DNA of 17,894 bases, from assembly GCA_039794845.1 (NCBI GenBank), contig JAUQVK010000102.1, forward strand, positions 1 to 17,894. The letters are read 5' to 3'. Each line of letters opens with the position of its first letter. Position 1 is the stretch's first letter. The notes under the pieces were generated by a model. The model had not been told where the DNA came from and did no database searches. It saw nothing but the letters and a program-made list of their open reading frames with translations. Source of the DNA: Thermostichus sp. DRC_bins_24. GTDB taxonomy: Bacteria; Cyanobacteriota; Cyanobacteriia; Thermostichales; Thermostichaceae. The position numbers and the translations under genes were made by a program. This document shows positions 17,796 to 17,894 of the stretch, one piece after another.

Positions 17796-17894
17796 GTGCT
17801 ACGGATGTTGCTGCTTTCTTCGGTGTTGATGTTGCTCTGTAATTGCAGTGGTGGGGGAGGTTCGGCCAGTTTGCCGGGAATCGTCCAGCCCACG
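17796..17894 (+). CDS. Possible 5' end of a lipoprotein/secreted protein running off the window
   Basis: Frame open from 17748 to the window end. From GTG 17796 (or ATG 17805) it reads MLRMLLLSSVLMLLCNC-SGGGGSASLPGIVQPT: basic n-region, hydrophobic h-region, Cys, then a Gly/Ser linker. Not in the supplied ORF track; the lipobox is non-canonical. Confidence 0.45.
   Translation, partial: MLRMLLLSSVLMLLCNCSGGGGSASLPGIVQPT

Noticed and set aside
17654..17893. 79-aa minus-strand ORF at the window end
   Set aside because: No recognisable motif, and the opposite strand carries a more convincing signal-peptide-like frame. It cannot be fully excluded without flanking sequence.

Overview
Cyanobacterial chromosomal window, most likely from the hot-spring Thermostichus (Synechococcus OS-A/OS-B'-type) lineage. 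This is inferred from the strongly over-represented palindrome GGGATCCC and the apparent absence of canonical HIP1 GCGATCGC. The core genes are psaA-psaB (photosystem I core, minus strand, with a terminator built from two GGGATCCC palindromes), a divergently transcribed stand-alone ureC, secA, an LctP-family lactate/glycolate permease and a TatA/TatB-family subunit followed by a small hypothetical gene. Accessory material comprises: a 5'-truncated AT-richer Pro-linker protein; a PIT/BoxC-like intrastrand-triplex repeat; a PYROXD2-like FAD oxidoreductase; a Uma2 nuclease; a ~0.9 kb AT-rich islet bracketed by two copies of the psaB terminator region; and an Rpn/DUF4351 PD-(D/E)xK nuclease-like gene. 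The most interesting signal is in the Rpn-like gene: an in-frame internal GGAGG-N5-ATG that could separately produce its 91-aa C-terminal domain, i.e. a candidate gene-within-a-gene toxin/antitoxin (RpnL/RpnS-type) defence module in a cyanobacterium. All family calls come from motif recognition by eye; no searches were run.
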